This document shows, one piece after another, positions 26,624 through 35,849 of a stretch of 64,000 nucleotides of DNA. The DNA comes from Myxococcota bacterium (GTDB lineage Bacteria > Myxococcota_A > UBA9160 > SMWR01). Positions within the stretch are counted from its first letter, which is position 1; every line of letters starts with the position of its first letter. The notes beneath the pieces were generated by a model. The model worked only from the letters and a program-made list of their open reading frames with translations, did no database searches and was not told the DNA's origin. Location: NCBI GenBank assembly GCA_022447545.1, contig JAKVBI010000019.1, positions 16,274-80,273 on the forward strand. Direction: 5' to 3'. A program made the translations under genes and the position numbers.

Positions 26624-27255
26624 ATCGGAGCGAACCGCTCGAGGGTGGAGTCGGGTAGTGGGACCAGATCTCCGAGGATGCGTGCTCCCCAGATGATCTT
26701 GGCCGTGCGCTCGACCAGTTGGGCGACCTTCATGGCGTTCGTGGCGCTGGTCCCCACAGTGAGTAGACCGTGATTGGCCATCAGTACCGCACCGCGGTCT
26801 CCCACCCAGCGCGCCACTTCATCGCCCAGCGAGTCGCTTCCCGTGAGTTGGTATCCGGCCACGGGGACTTCACCACCCACGTAGATATCGAACTCCTCGA
26901 TGACGCAGGGGATGGGCTGATGGGTCACGGCGAACATCGTGGCGAAAATGGCATGGGAGTGGATGACGCCGTGGATGTCGTCGTGGGCGCGCATGCATGC
27001 CAGGTGGAGGGCCTTCTCGCTGGTCGGGGACCGCTCGCCCTCGACGACGTTTCCATCGAGGTCCAGCACGACGAGATCTTCGAGCTGCATGACCTCGTAG
27101 GACAGTGACGAAGGCGTCATCACGACGTTGCCGTCGGGAAGACGCCCGGAGATGTTCCCGGCGGTGCCCTCTACCAGGCCCGACCGCAGCAGCTCCTTCG
27201 CCGTATCTAGAACCTCTTGCTTGACCTCGTCATTGCTTCGCTTGGTCTTCGCCAT
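26599..27255 (-). CDS. class II aldolase/adducin family protein
   Basis: GTAGNISGRLPDGNVVMTPSSLSYEVM and metal-binding GVIHSHAIFATMFA. The start is taken at MAKTKRSNDE (27255). The ORF maximum is 27282. Confidence 0.85.
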   Translation of the reverse strand: MAKTKRSNDEVKQEVLDTAKELLRSGLVEGTAGNISGRLPDGNVVMTPSSLSYEVMQLEDLVVLDLDGNVVEGERSPTSEKALHLACMRAHDDIHGVIHSHAIFATMFAVTHQPIPCVIEEFDIYVGGEVPVAGYQLTGSDSLGDEVARWVGDRGAVLMANHGLLTVGTSATNAMKVAQLVERTAKIIWGARILGDLVPLPDSTLERFAPIYKLLRSS

Positions 27256-27294
27256 GGGGGCGAAGGTAACCGGGCGCGGCATGTACTGTAAAGC

Positions 27295-27927
27295 TCAGGC
27301 GTCAGAGGCTCGGGTCGCTCGCGCTCGAACGTGGCGCTGCCAAAGGCGCTGCGAGAGCCGATAGAGGACATGGTCGCGCAGGGGGGCATCGGGTTCGAGC
27401 GCGGGGTCCGCGAAATCATCGGAAGGGTCGTGTTGCATGCCGATCCGTTGCGTCACACGCTGAGAGCGCAAACTCGTTGCTGCGGTGAACGAGGCGATCT
27501 CGTTGAGTCCGAGTTCCCGGAAGGCAAAGTCCGCTACGGCGTGCGCCCCTTCGCTGGCGAACCCCTGGCACCAGAAGCGGCGCGCGAGGCGCCATCCGAT
27601 TTCTACGCAGGGAGTGAAGTGGGCTTCGAAGCTCGGATGCGACAGGCCAACGAATCCCGCGTGCTCTGTGAGGCCCGGTACTTCGACCCCCCAGAGCCCG
27701 AAGCCGTGCTCGTCGAAGTGCGCGCGGATCCGTGCCGCGGATGCATCGCTCTGAGTACGACTGAGTGTCGAGGGGAAGTGCTGCATGACGGCGAATGTGC
27801 AATCCTGAAAGAGAGCCGACTCGACGGGGGTTTCCGCCGGGTCCGGTGCGAGGGCGGATCGTGGCCGTCCCGCGAAAGGAGAGTGTGATGATCGAAGTGC
27901 AGCTGCCCGATGGCAGTCAACGTTCAC
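27295..27927 (-). CDS. GNAT family N-acetyltransferase (RimJ/RimL-like)
   Basis: FGLWGVEV...GFVGLSHP...VEIGWRLARRFWCQGFASEGAHAVADFAF...NEIASFTAATSLRSQRVTQRIGM. The only in-frame starts are GTG 27927 (overlaps the first 40 nt of divergent thrS) or ATG 27786. The longer form keeps the expected N-terminal strand. Confidence 0.75.
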   Translation of the reverse strand: MNVDCHRAAALRSSHSPFAGRPRSALAPDPAETPVESALFQDCTFAVMQHFPSTLSRTQSDASAARIRAHFDEHGFGLWGVEVPGLTEHAGFVGLSHPSFEAHFTPCVEIGWRLARRFWCQGFASEGAHAVADFAFRELGLNEIASFTAATSLRSQRVTQRIGMQHDPSDDFADPALEPDAPLRDHVLYRLSQRLWQRHVRARATRASDA

Positions 27928-29891
27928 TGCCCGATGGCTCGACGGCGGCCGACCTGGCGAAGGACATCGGCCCCGGCCTGGCCAAGGCTGCCGTCGCGGC
28001 GGTGGTCGACGGAAACGTCGCGGACCTCTCGAGCCCTTTGCCGGCGGGCGCGAGTGTGGCGCTGCTCACCAAGCGCGACCCCGAAGGGCTCGAAGTGCTG
28101 CGGCACTCGGCCGCTCATCTCATGGCCGATGCCATTTTGCGCTTGTTTCCCCAGGCGCAGCTCACCATCGGGCCCGTGGTGGAGGACGGCTTCTACTACG
28201 ACCTCTTCATGCCCGAGGGCACCATTACACCCGAGGATTTTCCGGCCATCCAGAAGGAGATGAAACGCATCGCCAAAGAGGGGCACCCCTTCCAGCGCTG
28301 CGAAGTCGGGGACGTGGATGCCGACGAATCCTTTGCCCGCTACCGCGCCATCGATGGCGGTCACAACGCCTTCAAGGCCGAGTTGGTGGGAGACATCCAG
28401 GCGCGCGGTGAGGGGATCACCCTGTATCGACACGGCGATTTCGTGGACCTTTGCCGCGGCCCCCACGTGCCCAACACGAGCTGGTTGAAGCACACACGCC
28501 TGACAGCGGTTTCGGGCGCCTACTGGCGGGCCGATGCCGAGCGTGAGCAACTGGTGCGCGTCTACGGCACGGCCTTCTTCAGTAAGGACGATCTCGAGGA
28601 ACACCTGCGGTTGATCGAGGAGGCCCGTAAGCGCGACCACCGCGTTCTCGGAGAGCAGCTCGACCTGTTCCACTTCGAGGAGGAAGCACCCGGCTTTCCC
28701 TTCTTCCATCCCAAGGGTGCCGTTCTCTACTACCTGTTGGTCGATCGCATGCGCGCGCTATTGCGGCGGCGAGGCTACGAGGAGCTGCGAACTCCGCTGG
28801 TGCTTTCGGAAAAGCTCTGGCACACCTCGGGCCACTACGACAATTACCTGGAGAACATGTTCTTCACCAAACTCAAGCTCCGAGACGAGAGCCAGCCCGA
28901 AAAGATCCACGACAACGTGGACGAGACGCGACCGATGGCCGTCAAACCCATGAACTGCCCCGGCCACCTGTTGGTCTACGGAGATCGAACCCACAGCCAC
29001 AACGAATTGCCTCTGCGCTACTCGGAGATGGGTCTGGTGCACCGTCGGGAGTTTTCGGGTGTGCGCCACGGTTTGTTCCGCGTGCAGGCGTTTACTCAGG
29101 ACGATGCCCACCATTTCTGCACCCCGGAACAGATCGGCGGCGAGATCCGCCTGTTGATCGCCTTCTTCCGCGAGGTGTACGGGATGTTCAGCCTCGACGA
29201 TGTGCGCTTCGAACTCTCCACAAGGCCCGAGAAGAGCATCGGCAGTGACGAGATGTGGGAGACCGCCGAGACCGCCCTACGCGAAGCCCTCGACGAGTTC
29301 GACATCGATTATGAGTTGAATGAGGGCGACGGAGCCTTCTACGGCCCGAAGATCGACTTCCACATCCGCGACGTGCTGAAGCGCTCCTGGCAGTGCGGCA
29401 CCATCCAACTTGATTTCTCCATGCCCGAGCGCTTCGGTCTCAGCTACATCGGGGCTGATGGCCAGAAACACACGCCTGTGATGATCCACCGCGCCTGCTA
29501 CGGCAGCGTCGAGCGCTTCCTTGGCATTCTGATCGAGCACTTCGGGGGGCGCTTCCCCCTGTGGTTGGCCCCGGTTCAGGTCGTGGTGATCCCGGTCAGC
29601 GAAAAGCACAACGACTATGCGCGTGGTGTCTATGAGGCCCTGCTCGATGCAGACCTCCGCACCGAGATCAACCTGCGAGACGATCGTGTGGGTTACAAGA
29701 TCCGCGAGGCGAGTTTGCAGAAGGTCCCCTACGTGATCGTGGTGGGCGAGCGCGAAGCCGAGGCCGGAACCATCAATCTCCGCTCGCGAGACGCGGGTGA
29801 GCTGGGAGAGATGTCCCAGGCCGAGTGGCTCCAACGCATCGCGGAGGAACGCCTGCCCGGAGGCACGGCCGTGGCCGTTCCCTCCGACTGA
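27888..29891 (+). CDS. thrS: threonine--tRNA ligase
   Basis: 667 aa from the ATG at 27888 (AAGGAGAGTGTGATG). TGS domain MIEVQLPDGSQRSL, editing-domain HSAAHLMADAI, class II core FRVQAFTQDDAHHFC and TIQLDF. Confidence 0.97.
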   Translation: MIEVQLPDGSQRSLPDGSTAADLAKDIGPGLAKAAVAAVVDGNVADLSSPLPAGASVALLTKRDPEGLEVLRHSAAHLMADAILRLFPQAQLTIGPVVEDGFYYDLFMPEGTITPEDFPAIQKEMKRIAKEGHPFQRCEVGDVDADESFARYRAIDGGHNAFKAELVGDIQARGEGITLYRHGDFVDLCRGPHVPNTSWLKHTRLTAVSGAYWRADAEREQLVRVYGTAFFSKDDLEEHLRLIEEARKRDHRVLGEQLDLFHFEEEAPGFPFFHPKGAVLYYLLVDRMRALLRRRGYEELRTPLVLSEKLWHTSGHYDNYLENMFFTKLKLRDESQPEKIHDNVDETRPMAVKPMNCPGHLLVYGDRTHSHNELPLRYSEMGLVHRREFSGVRHGLFRVQAFTQDDAHHFCTPEQIGGEIRLLIAFFREVYGMFSLDDVRFELSTRPEKSIGSDEMWETAETALREALDEFDIDYELNEGDGAFYGPKIDFHIRDVLKRSWQCGTIQLDFSMPERFGLSYIGADGQKHTPVMIHRACYGSVERFLGILIEHFGGRFPLWLAPVQVVVIPVSEKHNDYARGVYEALLDADLRTEINLRDDRVGYKIREASLQKVPYVIVVGEREAEAGTINLRSRDAGELGEMSQAEWLQRIAEERLPGGTAVAVPSD

Positions 29892-29908
29892 GCGGCGGGG
29901 TCTCGCGA

Positions 29909-31408
29909 TCAGTCCGCGTGCACGTAGCCGTAACTGAGGTTGCTGCGCGTGATGCCTGTGGCACGGTATTCGGCGCGCATGGTGTCGATGGCGTCGCCGG
30001 TCACTGCACCTTCGGTGCTCTGGGCCTTCAGGCCGTACAGGCGCGCGCCGTTGTCCCAGAAGATCGCGTTCTTGGTCGGGCCGGTATCCGGACCCAGGGC
30101 CGAGAAGCCGTGCTTCTCCTGCAGGTCCTCTGGAATCTCGAGGCGTCGAAGGGCTTCGATCTGCCACTGCGGGGAGCCGTACCAGGTGGAATCGGTTCCC
30201 CAGAGTAGATGGTCGTCGCCGAGGCCCGCCAGAAGTGTTCCCAACATGCCGGCACAGAGTCTGGGCTGTGTCACCACCGTATTCGCGAAGGAGGTGCCGA
30301 TCTCGCCATAGACGTTGCTTACCCCGAATTTCTCGGGAATTTCTGCGAGGTCACTGACCCAGCGGATGTAGCCCGTCTTTTCGAAGACCTCGGCATCGTG
30401 GTCGGGAATTTCCACGAAGGGTCGCAGTGCCGAGTGGTAGATCACGAAGTCGAGACCCGGCCAATCTTTGGCTGCCTGGCCTACGTCCTCCACGGTGGCA
30501 TGGCGCCAGACCCCCTTCATGCTCTTCTCGTAATCTCGCGGCACCAGGCCCTTGTGGACGCAAATCGTGGTGATCCCGGCCTTCTGGGCCTTTTCGTAGA
30601 AGGGGTAGACGAGCTTCTCGTCATCCATCCGCCAGGGGTGCTTGGCGTTGGCGGGCGCCAGTGGGTCGCCGATCGTGTAGCCCTTCCACGAGTCGGGCTT
30701 CAGGTTCTCGATGCAGTGGTCCACGTCGTCCAACCAGCCCGGAATGCCCGGCGTGAAGGCGCAGTGGATCAACATGCGGCGCGAACCCGCGATGCCGTTG
30801 ACGAGTTGTCTGGATAGGGCCATCTGCTCATTGGATAAGAGCCATGGGCGGTCCTCGAAAGGCACGGTGCTGAGCAGCGCCACATCGGTATCGCTGTCGA
30901 GATAGATCTCTTTCAGGTAATTCTCGAACTGGAAACGCTCGTGGAGGATGCCCATCTCGTCGAGCATCCCGGGGTTCCAGTGCTTCGCCGCAAAGTGTCC
31001 CACTTCGATGGGCTCGGGATTGCGCAGGTCGTCGCGGTTGAAGTGGGTCTGGTCGTCGAAGATGCGTTGCGAAGCGAGGCGTGCAGCACGTTCGTTGGCA
31101 GCCTCGAAGTCGCTGGCTTCGGCACTGGCCACATCGAACACGGAGCCGTGGACCTCATTCATGGCGAGGAAAGCAACGGCCATTCCCGAGGCCGTCTTGA
31201 GGAACTCGCGCCGATCGAGACCCACTCGAGATCCCAGTCGATCGCCCAGTTCTGCGATTCGACTCTCCACCCGCTTTTGCTGTCGAGTCTGGGGCAGGGG
31301 GTTGAACTCCCCGTTGGAGACCACCCGGGTGGGGACCGGCGACGCGGATTCGTCGAGCTCCGCCGGGGCGACCTCCCGCATTTCACGCTCGGACAGCCAG
31401 TTCGACAT
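29909..31408 (-). CDS. amidohydrolase family protein with internal twin-arginine motif
   Basis: The ATG at 31408 gives 499 aa. LDRREFLKTASGMAVAFLAMNEVHG lies at residues 64-88. Catalytic-domain segments IFDDQTHFNRDD and LLWGTDSTWYGSPQW. Confidence 0.75.
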   Translation of the reverse strand: MSNWLSEREMREVAPAELDESASPVPTRVVSNGEFNPLPQTRQQKRVESRIAELGDRLGSRVGLDRREFLKTASGMAVAFLAMNEVHGSVFDVASAEASDFEAANERAARLASQRIFDDQTHFNRDDLRNPEPIEVGHFAAKHWNPGMLDEMGILHERFQFENYLKEIYLDSDTDVALLSTVPFEDRPWLLSNEQMALSRQLVNGIAGSRRMLIHCAFTPGIPGWLDDVDHCIENLKPDSWKGYTIGDPLAPANAKHPWRMDDEKLVYPFYEKAQKAGITTICVHKGLVPRDYEKSMKGVWRHATVEDVGQAAKDWPGLDFVIYHSALRPFVEIPDHDAEVFEKTGYIRWVSDLAEIPEKFGVSNVYGEIGTSFANTVVTQPRLCAGMLGTLLAGLGDDHLLWGTDSTWYGSPQWQIEALRRLEIPEDLQEKHGFSALGPDTGPTKNAIFWDNGARLYGLKAQSTEGAVTGDAIDTMRAEYRATGITRSNLSYGYVHAD

Positions 31409-31466
31409 GGGTTTTTCCTGTTCAAGCGGGCAAGTCGATGTGCAGAAGTACAGCAGACAGTTGTAT

Positions 31467-31483
31467 GCAAAGCAAGCGCTTGG
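31467..31483. promoter_or_regulatory. candidate TetR operator, copy 2 (GCAAAGCAAGCGCTTGG)
   Basis: Its reverse complement CCAAGCGCTTGCTTTGC is 16/17 identical to the motif at 32699..32715. It lies in the divergent amidohydrolase/SnoaL-like intergenic region. Confidence 0.4.
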
Positions 31484-31595
31484 TAATTTCCGCAAGGCCT
31501 TTCGGCGTCGTGCCGGAGGCCACGTGTCGCCAACGATCCCCCCTTCTGGACCCAATCCGGTTCCATCGAAGTAGGGTGGGGGCCCGGAGGTTCGA

Positions 31596-32060
31596 ATGGT
31601 CTTGGAACCCAGCCGCCTGAGCGCTGAAGAGGTGATGGCACTCACCCGACTCCACGCCGAACTCGAGGTGGCGGGAGATTACGAGCCTCTGCTTGCCACT
31701 CTGGTAGAAGAGCCCATTTTCGAGTTCCACCCACCGGGCGGGCAGTTGGTGGGTGGTGAGACCCTGCGTCGTTATTACACGCGCTTCCTCGCTGAGTTCA
31801 TGCCGCTGGTGGAGGAGACGATCCTGATCGGAGAATGGACGAACGAGAGAGCCTGTGTGCACGAATACCAGCTGCGTTTGCGCATCGGTGGTGAATTGGA
31901 GAATCACCAGCTGATGGGTTCGATCTACGCCTCGGGCGATCGTCTGGGGGGAGAGCGCCTGTACGGAAGTGCGCGCCTCATGGATCTTATGCTGGGCCCC
32001 TTCATGGAGGAACTGGTGCCCATTGAGGCTGCCACCCAGTGGGCGCTTCCGACTCCCTAG
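31596..32060 (+). CDS. SnoaL/NTF2-like fold protein
   Basis: 154 aa. The ATG is preceded by GGAGG. Size and pattern fit the NTF2-like family. Weak call. Confidence 0.5.
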   Translation: MVLEPSRLSAEEVMALTRLHAELEVAGDYEPLLATLVEEPIFEFHPPGGQLVGGETLRRYYTRFLAEFMPLVEETILIGEWTNERACVHEYQLRLRIGGELENHQLMGSIYASGDRLGGERLYGSARLMDLMLGPFMEELVPIEAATQWALPTP

Positions 32061-32656
32061 GATGGGAACGTGTCGGCGATGCCGCGCATGAAGACATCGA
32101 GCCACGCGCCCACGATCTCGTCCTCTGTGAACGCGTCGGGGTCGTACCAGCGCTGCACGGCGCCCATCACGTCCATCATCATGCGGTACGCGAAAGCGGG
32201 TTCAATGTCCTTCCGAAACTCGCCTGAGTTCATCCCCTGGCGGATCACCGTCACGAAGATCGCCTCCACCTGGTCGACCATCTCGTGGATGTAGTCGAAC
32301 TCGGGCAGTTGAAACAAGCGATCCTGCTCGTGGATCAGTACGGCGGTTTCGTTGGGATGCTCGAGATTGGCGCGCACACAGGCGCGGAACAGGTCCTCCA
32401 GCCGTTGACTCGCAGAACCGCTCCCCTGGTCGGCTGCCCGGTAGCGCGCCAACAGACTCTCGCCGTAGACGCGCATCAGTTCGTGGACGATGTCGCTCTT
32501 CGTTCGAAAGTGGTGGTAGAGGCTTCCAGACAACATGCCCACACGAGCACCGATGTCTCGCACGGTGGTGGCCTGGACGCCGCGATCGGCGAACAACTCG
32601 CCGGCGGCACTGGCGATTTCGCGTCGGCGTTCGGCGGCGGACACACGTCGTGCCAT
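32057..32656 (-). CDS. TetR/AcrR family transcriptional regulator
   Basis: 199 aa. N-terminal HTH RREIASAAGELFADRGVQATTVRDIGARVGMLSGSLYHHFRTKSDI. Confidence 0.9.
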   Translation of the reverse strand: MARRVSAAERRREIASAAGELFADRGVQATTVRDIGARVGMLSGSLYHHFRTKSDIVHELMRVYGESLLARYRAADQGSGSASQRLEDLFRACVRANLEHPNETAVLIHEQDRLFQLPEFDYIHEMVDQVEAIFVTVIRQGMNSGEFRKDIEPAFAYRMMMDVMGAVQRWYDPDAFTEDEIVGAWLDVFMRGIADTFPS

Positions 32657-32698
32657 GGGGCGACTCCGGGTTCCAGTTGGACGGGGAGAGCATATCGG

Positions 32699-32715
32699 CC
32701 AAGCGCTTGGTTTGC
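32699..32715. promoter_or_regulatory. candidate TetR operator, copy 1 (CCAAGCGCTTGGTTTGC; perfect 12-bp palindrome CCAAGCGCTTGG)
   Basis: Located 43 nt from the TetR start and 73 nt upstream of the divergent P450 start. Repeated at 31467..31483. Confidence 0.45.
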
Positions 32716-32787
32716 TTCGAAAGGGCGCCCCGGCTCCGACGGGCGGCGTTCGGGCAGGGTGAGTGGAGCTTCGTTCAGGGTCCCCCG

Positions 32788-34068
32788 ATGACCTCTTCCG
32801 ATTCTCTCACGGCTCGTGCTGGAGTGTCCGCTCGCCCTCCCGACCCGGCTGGCCTATCCGACGCCGCCAAAATTTTCGGGGTGATCCTCGATCCCCAACA
32901 GCGCGGTGACCTGTACCCCTACCTCCGCCGCCTGCGCGAGGTCGAGCCTCTTCACCGAACCGAGGCCCTCCACGGGCGCCCGGCATGGATGGTGACCCGC
33001 TTCGCCGATGCGTTGGAACTTCTTTCCAACAAGGCTCTGGTGAGTGATGAACGCAATGCCGAGATCTTCGATACGGGTCCCAGCGGCGCTCTCTTCTACG
33101 CCATGGTCAAGCGGTTGTTGCTCTACATCAACCCCGTAGAGCACGATCGGATTCGCAAGTTGTTGGCGCGGCACTTCACTCCACGTGCCGTCTCCAGGTA
33201 CCGGCCGCTCATGCAGAATGCCGTGGATGATCTGCTGGCCAAGGTCGAAGGTAGGGAGGAGATCGACATCGTGGCGGACCTCGCCTATTCCCTGCCGACG
33301 GCGGTGATCTGCGAGATCCTGGGAGTTCCCGCCGAGGATCTGCCCGTCTTTCACCGGTGGCTCAATGATTTCGCGCGTCGCGGCGACGTGAGCGGTATCA
33401 CCCCCGAAGTGGAACGCCTCGGCGAAGAGTCCGTCTTGGGCTTTACCGATTATTTCGAGCGTCTGATTTCAGAACGGCGCAAGCGGCCGCAGAACGATTT
33501 GATGACGATCCTCGTGGAAGCTCGTGACGAGCAGGGCGGTCTCGACGAGGATGCGCTGGTGGCGCTCTGTATCCTGATGATCCAGGCCGGCCACGAGACC
33601 ACCGCCGACATGATCGCCCTGGGCGTGTTGGCGCTGTTGCGTCATCCCGACCAACTCGTGTTGCTGAGAAGCAAGCCCGAACTCCTGCGCAACGCCATCG
33701 AGGAAATGCTTCGGTACGACGGCTCCAATCAGTTGGTGCAGCGCGTGAGCCATGAAGACTTCGAACTCGCGGGGGTCTCCATCCGTGCGGGTGAGGTCTG
33801 CTCGATCCTGACTGGCGCAGCGGGACGCGACCCCGCCCGCTTCGCCGAGCCAGACCGTCTGGACATCGAGCGCAGGGAGATCCAGCATTTCGGCTTCGGT
33901 CACGGCAGCCACATCTGTCTGGGGTCGGCACTTGCCCGTTTCGAATTGGAAGCCATGTTGGGCAGTCTGATCGCCCGATTTCCCGGGCTCGAGTTGGCCG
34001 AGGAAGAAATTCATTACCGCGACAGTCTGGTGCTGCGAGGCCTGAAGCGCCTCGCGGTCCGGTTGTGA
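32788..34068 (+). CDS. cytochrome P450
   Basis: 426 aa from the ATG at 32788. I-helix LMIQAGHETTA, ExxR EEMLRYD, heme loop FGFGHGSHICLGSALAR. Confidence 0.92.
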   Translation: MTSSDSLTARAGVSARPPDPAGLSDAAKIFGVILDPQQRGDLYPYLRRLREVEPLHRTEALHGRPAWMVTRFADALELLSNKALVSDERNAEIFDTGPSGALFYAMVKRLLLYINPVEHDRIRKLLARHFTPRAVSRYRPLMQNAVDDLLAKVEGREEIDIVADLAYSLPTAVICEILGVPAEDLPVFHRWLNDFARRGDVSGITPEVERLGEESVLGFTDYFERLISERRKRPQNDLMTILVEARDEQGGLDEDALVALCILMIQAGHETTADMIALGVLALLRHPDQLVLLRSKPELLRNAIEEMLRYDGSNQLVQRVSHEDFELAGVSIRAGEVCSILTGAAGRDPARFAEPDRLDIERREIQHFGFGHGSHICLGSALARFELEAMLGSLIARFPGLELAEEEIHYRDSLVLRGLKRLAVRL

Positions 34069-34111
34069 ACTACCACGTCTCAGTCGTGTCAGGACAGGGA
34101 GGATGCGCGCC

Positions 34112-34879
34112 ATGAGTCGATTGTCCGAATATCAGCACCGCTACGAGGTTGCGCGTCTGGAGCGCAGCGATGACGGCGTGCTCGAGGTCACCCTACACAC
34201 CCGGGGCGGCTCGTTGTTGCTGGACGAAACCACCCACCGGGAGTTGCCACTGTTGTTCAGCGACATCGGCAACGACGCTGACACCAAGGTCATCCTGCTT
34301 ACCGGCACCGGCGACGATTTCTGTAGTGAGTTGGCGGGAGGGGACTGGGATTTCAGTACTCCGGCGGGTTGGGATCGCACCTACTGGGAGGGGCGGCGCC
34401 TGATGCAGAACCTCATGGACATTCACGTGCCCATGCTCGCAGCGATCAACGGACCTGCCCGGGTGCACGCAGAGATCCCCATTCTGTGCGACATCGTATT
34501 GGCATCGGAGACCACCGAGTTTCAAGACATCGCCCACTTCGGCGAGGGCTTCAAGGTGACACCCGGTGATGGATCTCATCTCGTGTGGCCTTTACTGTTG
34601 GGTTTAAACCGTGGCAAGTACTTCCTGCTCACCGAGCAGGTGATCGATGCACGGCAGGCCCTCGATCTCGGATTGGTCAACGAGGTGTTGCCTCCGGAGG
34701 AACTCCTGCCGAGGGCTCGTGCCCTGGCTTCGGATCTGGCGACTCGAAGCTCCGTGACGCTTCGGTACACGCGTGTGGCGCTCAACATGCTCTTGCGGAA
34801 TCTCATGCAGGACGGGATGAGTCATGGCCTGGCCCTCGAGGGTTACAGCGTGATGGAGCGGGCCCAGCAGGGTTCCTGA
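34112..34879 (+). CDS. enoyl-CoA hydratase/isomerase (crotonase) family protein
   Basis: VILLTGTGDDFCS and MLAAINGPARVHAEIPILCDIVLASETTEFQD. The ATG at 34112 lies 9 nt after GGGAGG. An alternative ATG is at 34103. Confidence 0.85.
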   Translation: MSRLSEYQHRYEVARLERSDDGVLEVTLHTRGGSLLLDETTHRELPLLFSDIGNDADTKVILLTGTGDDFCSELAGGDWDFSTPAGWDRTYWEGRRLMQNLMDIHVPMLAAINGPARVHAEIPILCDIVLASETTEFQDIAHFGEGFKVTPGDGSHLVWPLLLGLNRGKYFLLTEQVIDARQALDLGLVNEVLPPEELLPRARALASDLATRSSVTLRYTRVALNMLLRNLMQDGMSHGLALEGYSVMERAQQGS

Positions 34880-34913
34880 AAGCAGAGAGGCGAGAGCGGA
34901 GCAGGTCGAATCG

Positions 34914-35816
34914 ATGGACGCAGATCAGATCGTCATGGGCCGGTTGCAGGACAAGACTGTGGTCGTCACCGGGGCGGGCCGGGGGATCGGCCGAGCCTAT
35001 GCGCTGGCCATGGCGGCAGAAGGTGCACGTGTCGTCGCCAACGATCTCGGTGTCGATCTCACGGGTTCGGGGCGGAGTTCCGAAACCGCAGAAGGCGTAG
35101 TGGCCGAGATCCAGTCCCTCGGAGGGCAGGCGTTGGCGAGCGCCGTCGATATTTCCGACCCCGCAGGTGCGGCGGAACTCATGTCGGCGGCGGTGGATCA
35201 TTTCGGCGCCATCGATGCGCTGGTCAACAATGCAGCCATCGAATTTCGAGGCACACTGGAGGAGCACACCGCCGAGAACTGGGATCGTGTGATGACGGTG
35301 AACACCCGAGGCACCCTGCTGTGTGTCCAGCAGGCGGTTCCGTACATGCGGGCGGCAGGGCAGGGCTCCATTCTCAACACCACTTCTGGATCGTTCTGGG
35401 AGGGAATTGAAGAGGTGGCGGCCTATAGCGCATCCAAGGCGGCGGTGTTTTCCCTGACTCTGTCTCAGCACACGGAGCTCCGCTCCTCGGGAATTCGTTC
35501 CAACTGCATCGCGCCCAACGCGACGCGCACGCGAATGCTCGAGAGCTGGCTCGCGCGCCTGGCCCGCGAATCCCAGCGTGCCGAGGAAGAGGTCGCCGAG
35601 GAATACGGAATTCAACCTCCCGAGAACCTTGCACCGCTGGCAATTTTGCTGTGCAGCGATGCTGGGCGTCACATTTCTGGGCGAATCTTCGAGGTGCAGG
35701 GCCCGCGCATTCATGAGATTTTGCCCCCGAGTCGCGGAATTTGTGTCGATCGAGAAGGAACAGCCTGGGATCCCGACATGTTGGCGCGGAGCCTTGGCGA
35801 AAAAGGAGCTCGCTGA
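34914..35816 (+). CDS. SDR family oxidoreductase
   Basis: VVVTGAGRGIGRAYALAMAAEGARVVAND and catalytic YSASKAAV. Confidence 0.9.
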   Translation: MDADQIVMGRLQDKTVVVTGAGRGIGRAYALAMAAEGARVVANDLGVDLTGSGRSSETAEGVVAEIQSLGGQALASAVDISDPAGAAELMSAAVDHFGAIDALVNNAAIEFRGTLEEHTAENWDRVMTVNTRGTLLCVQQAVPYMRAAGQGSILNTTSGSFWEGIEEVAAYSASKAAVFSLTLSQHTELRSSGIRSNCIAPNATRTRMLESWLARLARESQRAEEEVAEEYGIQPPENLAPLAILLCSDAGRHISGRIFEVQGPRIHEILPPSRGICVDREGTAWDPDMLARSLGEKGAR

Positions 35817-35849
35817 TTGGCTTCTGATGGACGTGAGTCAGGACAGGGG

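Noticed and set aside
27888-29891. thrS is not followed by infC-rpmI-rplT
   Set aside because: The thrS-infC linkage is common but not universal. The gene is full length with all domains, so this is just a lineage-specific arrangement.
31575-31600. GGTTCGAAT string resembling a tRNA T-loop
   Set aside because: The flanking bases cannot form a T-stem or the rest of a cloverleaf. It is the GGAGG ribosome-binding site plus spacer of the SnoaL-like gene (GGAGGTTCGAATG).
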